This document shows, piece by piece, positions 62,117 through 64,000 of a stretch of 64,000 nt of DNA. Every line of letters begins with the position of its first letter. The first letter of the stretch is position 1. Both the position numbers and the translations under genes were made by a program. The stretch is from Chiloscyllium plagiosum (lineage: Eukaryota): assembly GCF_004010195.1 (NCBI RefSeq), contig NC_057718.1, positions 73,717,931 through 73,781,930 of the forward strand, given 5' to 3'. The notes below the pieces were generated by a model. That model made no database searches, was not told where the DNA came from, and saw nothing but the letters and a program-made list of their open reading frames with translations.

Positions 62117-62992
62117 GAAACCTGGGGAAGAGAGAGACAACTCCATCAACTTGATGTAAGGAAAAAGAAAGTAAAAGCAAGGAGACCAAGGGAAGAATAC
62201 ATGTAGAAAAAAAAACAGGCCTACAGTTTGGTGTGGGGGGCCTGTGAATGGACTGGTGGTCACCGAAGCTTAAACAACTGCACAGTGGTGTAAGATTTGA
62301 AATAGTGCTAGTTGTATTATGCTTTGGGATCATAACCCCCTCTTCAGAATTATGCCCATCTAAAAATCTGAAATACTATTGCCAACTGATGGGGAAAGTC
62401 ATGAGGGATTTCCTGGCCAAGTTCCAGGAGCAAGACAACTAGGGAATCTGGAATGAAAATGAAAACCAAATAAAGCGGACCTGACAAAAGAAGGAAATAG
62501 GAGGTAAGGCACTTGGGGCAATAGATTGGGATAGGAGAAATAGCAGGAACTGCTGCCTAGAAACAGGTAGATTTAGAAAGTATGTGGGGGCACAAAGAAA
62601 TCACCAGGAGGTAACTGAATGCATTACTATCTAGAACAAACAAATGTTAATTTCATTCAGCACCACTCTCATTAGACCCTTGCAACTTGAACAATTCAGG
62701 GAAACATCTTGAATCTTCTTTGAAAACAGAAACAAAGTCCTTATTGAACGTCACTGCCATTTCTCCATTTCCTATTACATGTTCTCAGGTCTCCGCTAAT
62801 AATGGACCCACAATTCTCTTTGCTAATTTTTTTCCTTTTTCACATACCTGTCATACCTGTTGAAGATATTACAAATTCTTTGAATGTTTCTTACTATGTA
62901 TATTCATATTCTATTCTCTCTTTCTGTAAAAATTCCGTTATACCCTTTTGTTGAATTCTAGAATTCTTCCTATCTTCAGGCTTCCAACTTTT

Positions 62993-63397
62993 TGGAAAGA
63001 CTGAGACACTTGGGGCTGTTTTCATTAGAGAAAAGAAGGTTTAGGGGTGACTTGATTGAGGTGTACAAGATGATTAGGGGGTTAGATAGGGTTGACAGTG
63101 TGAACCTTTTCCCGCTTATGGAGTCGGGTATTACAAGGGGGCATAGCTTTAAATTAAGGGGGGGTAGATATAGGACTGAAGTTGGGGTAGGTTCTTCACT
63201 CAGCGAGTCGTAAGTTCATGGAATGCCTTGCCAGTAGCAGTGGTGGACTCTCCCTCTTTATGGGCATTTAAGCGGGCATTGGATAGGCATATGGAGGATA
63301 GTGGTCTCGTGTAGGTTAGGTGGGCTTGGATCGGCGCAACATCGAGGGCCAAAGGGCCTGTACTGCGCTGTATTCTTCTATGTTCTATGTTCTATGT
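62993..63397 (+). mobile_element. CR1 3' end inserted into a - strand CR1 fragment (62720-63420)
   Basis: LGLFSLEKRRFRGDLIEVYKMIRG; (ctatgtt)n tail. Confidence 0.9.
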
Positions 63398-63423
63398 TTT
63401 TAGCAACGTTATAAACATCTCCC

Positions 63424-64000
63424 TGTTGTGATTGTAACAAGATAAGCCAGGTGGACCTCACAGAATATGAGTTCCCTAATTGGGGCTGTTAATCTAGTCC
63501 AATCAGGGAGCCCTGGCTGACAGATAAAAAGAGGAAATTGAGCTGGCTTTGAACAAGTTGGAACAATGTCAAGGACTTCCCACATGTAAATAAAGGATGA
63601 CTTGGTGACGGGATACCAGCCTTCAGTGGAATTATTACAGTGCCAACGAGAGTGGGATGTTCCTGGCGAAACTCGCTCGCAAAGGTCATCTTTGAGTTTG
63701 GATAAGCGTTATAGACATCATGCTGTTATTTAGAGAGCTTGACTTGTTCAACATTGCCATCGAAGACTGGGCCTTGAAAATGGAAAGAATGCATTATTCT
63801 TTTCCAGGCAAATAACATTGGGGCAGATGAAAAGCAATAAGTAATTCACCTGTTAGATTGTGGGTCCACAGCTTTTTTAATTATTAGAAGCCTAATTGCC
63901 TCAGAGGCACCAAACACAAAAACCTTTCAAACATTGATGGATTAGTTCAGGAATATTACGACCTCAACTCTCCTGTAATTCTGAGACACTACTCGGCAAG
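63424..64000 (+). mobile_element. Gypsy LTR retrotransposon 5' end: LTR 63424-63639, PBS-like site 63640-63650, decayed gag from 63720
   Basis: TG...CA LTR with AATAAA; gtgccaacgag after the LTR; MLLFRELDLF..AIEDW...ERM..(fs)FQANNIGADEK..CGSTAF.IIRSL..EAPNTKTF. Confidence 0.82.

Overview
This is vertebrate DNA, most likely from an elasmobranch (shark): it carries HE1-type V-SINEs, a Deu-domain SINE and many CR1 LINEs. The window is dominated by decayed, nested retroelements, and I recognise no host protein-coding gene. It contains: many CR1 LINEs, six still carrying the Zn-finger + SGNH-esterase ORF1; a near full-length Tx1-like L1-clade element plus two fragments; a Rex1/Babar 3' end; a Gmr1-like Gypsy element (integrase upstream of RT) with its 3' LTR; a Gypsy 5' LTR/PBS/gag with a matching solo LTR; a decayed endogenous-retrovirus pol with tether + RNase H + integrase; and two Penelope-like (GIY-YIG) remnants. 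The most striking unannotated signal is a set of short, often fold-back Penelope-type insertions with 8-17 bp target-site duplications. They carry minimal type I hammerhead-ribozyme motifs (CUGANGA-stem II-GAAA-palindromic stem III) in at least three sequence families. Both assembly gaps fall inside these palindromic elements. All calls were made by eye from motifs, no searches were run, and boundaries are approximate.
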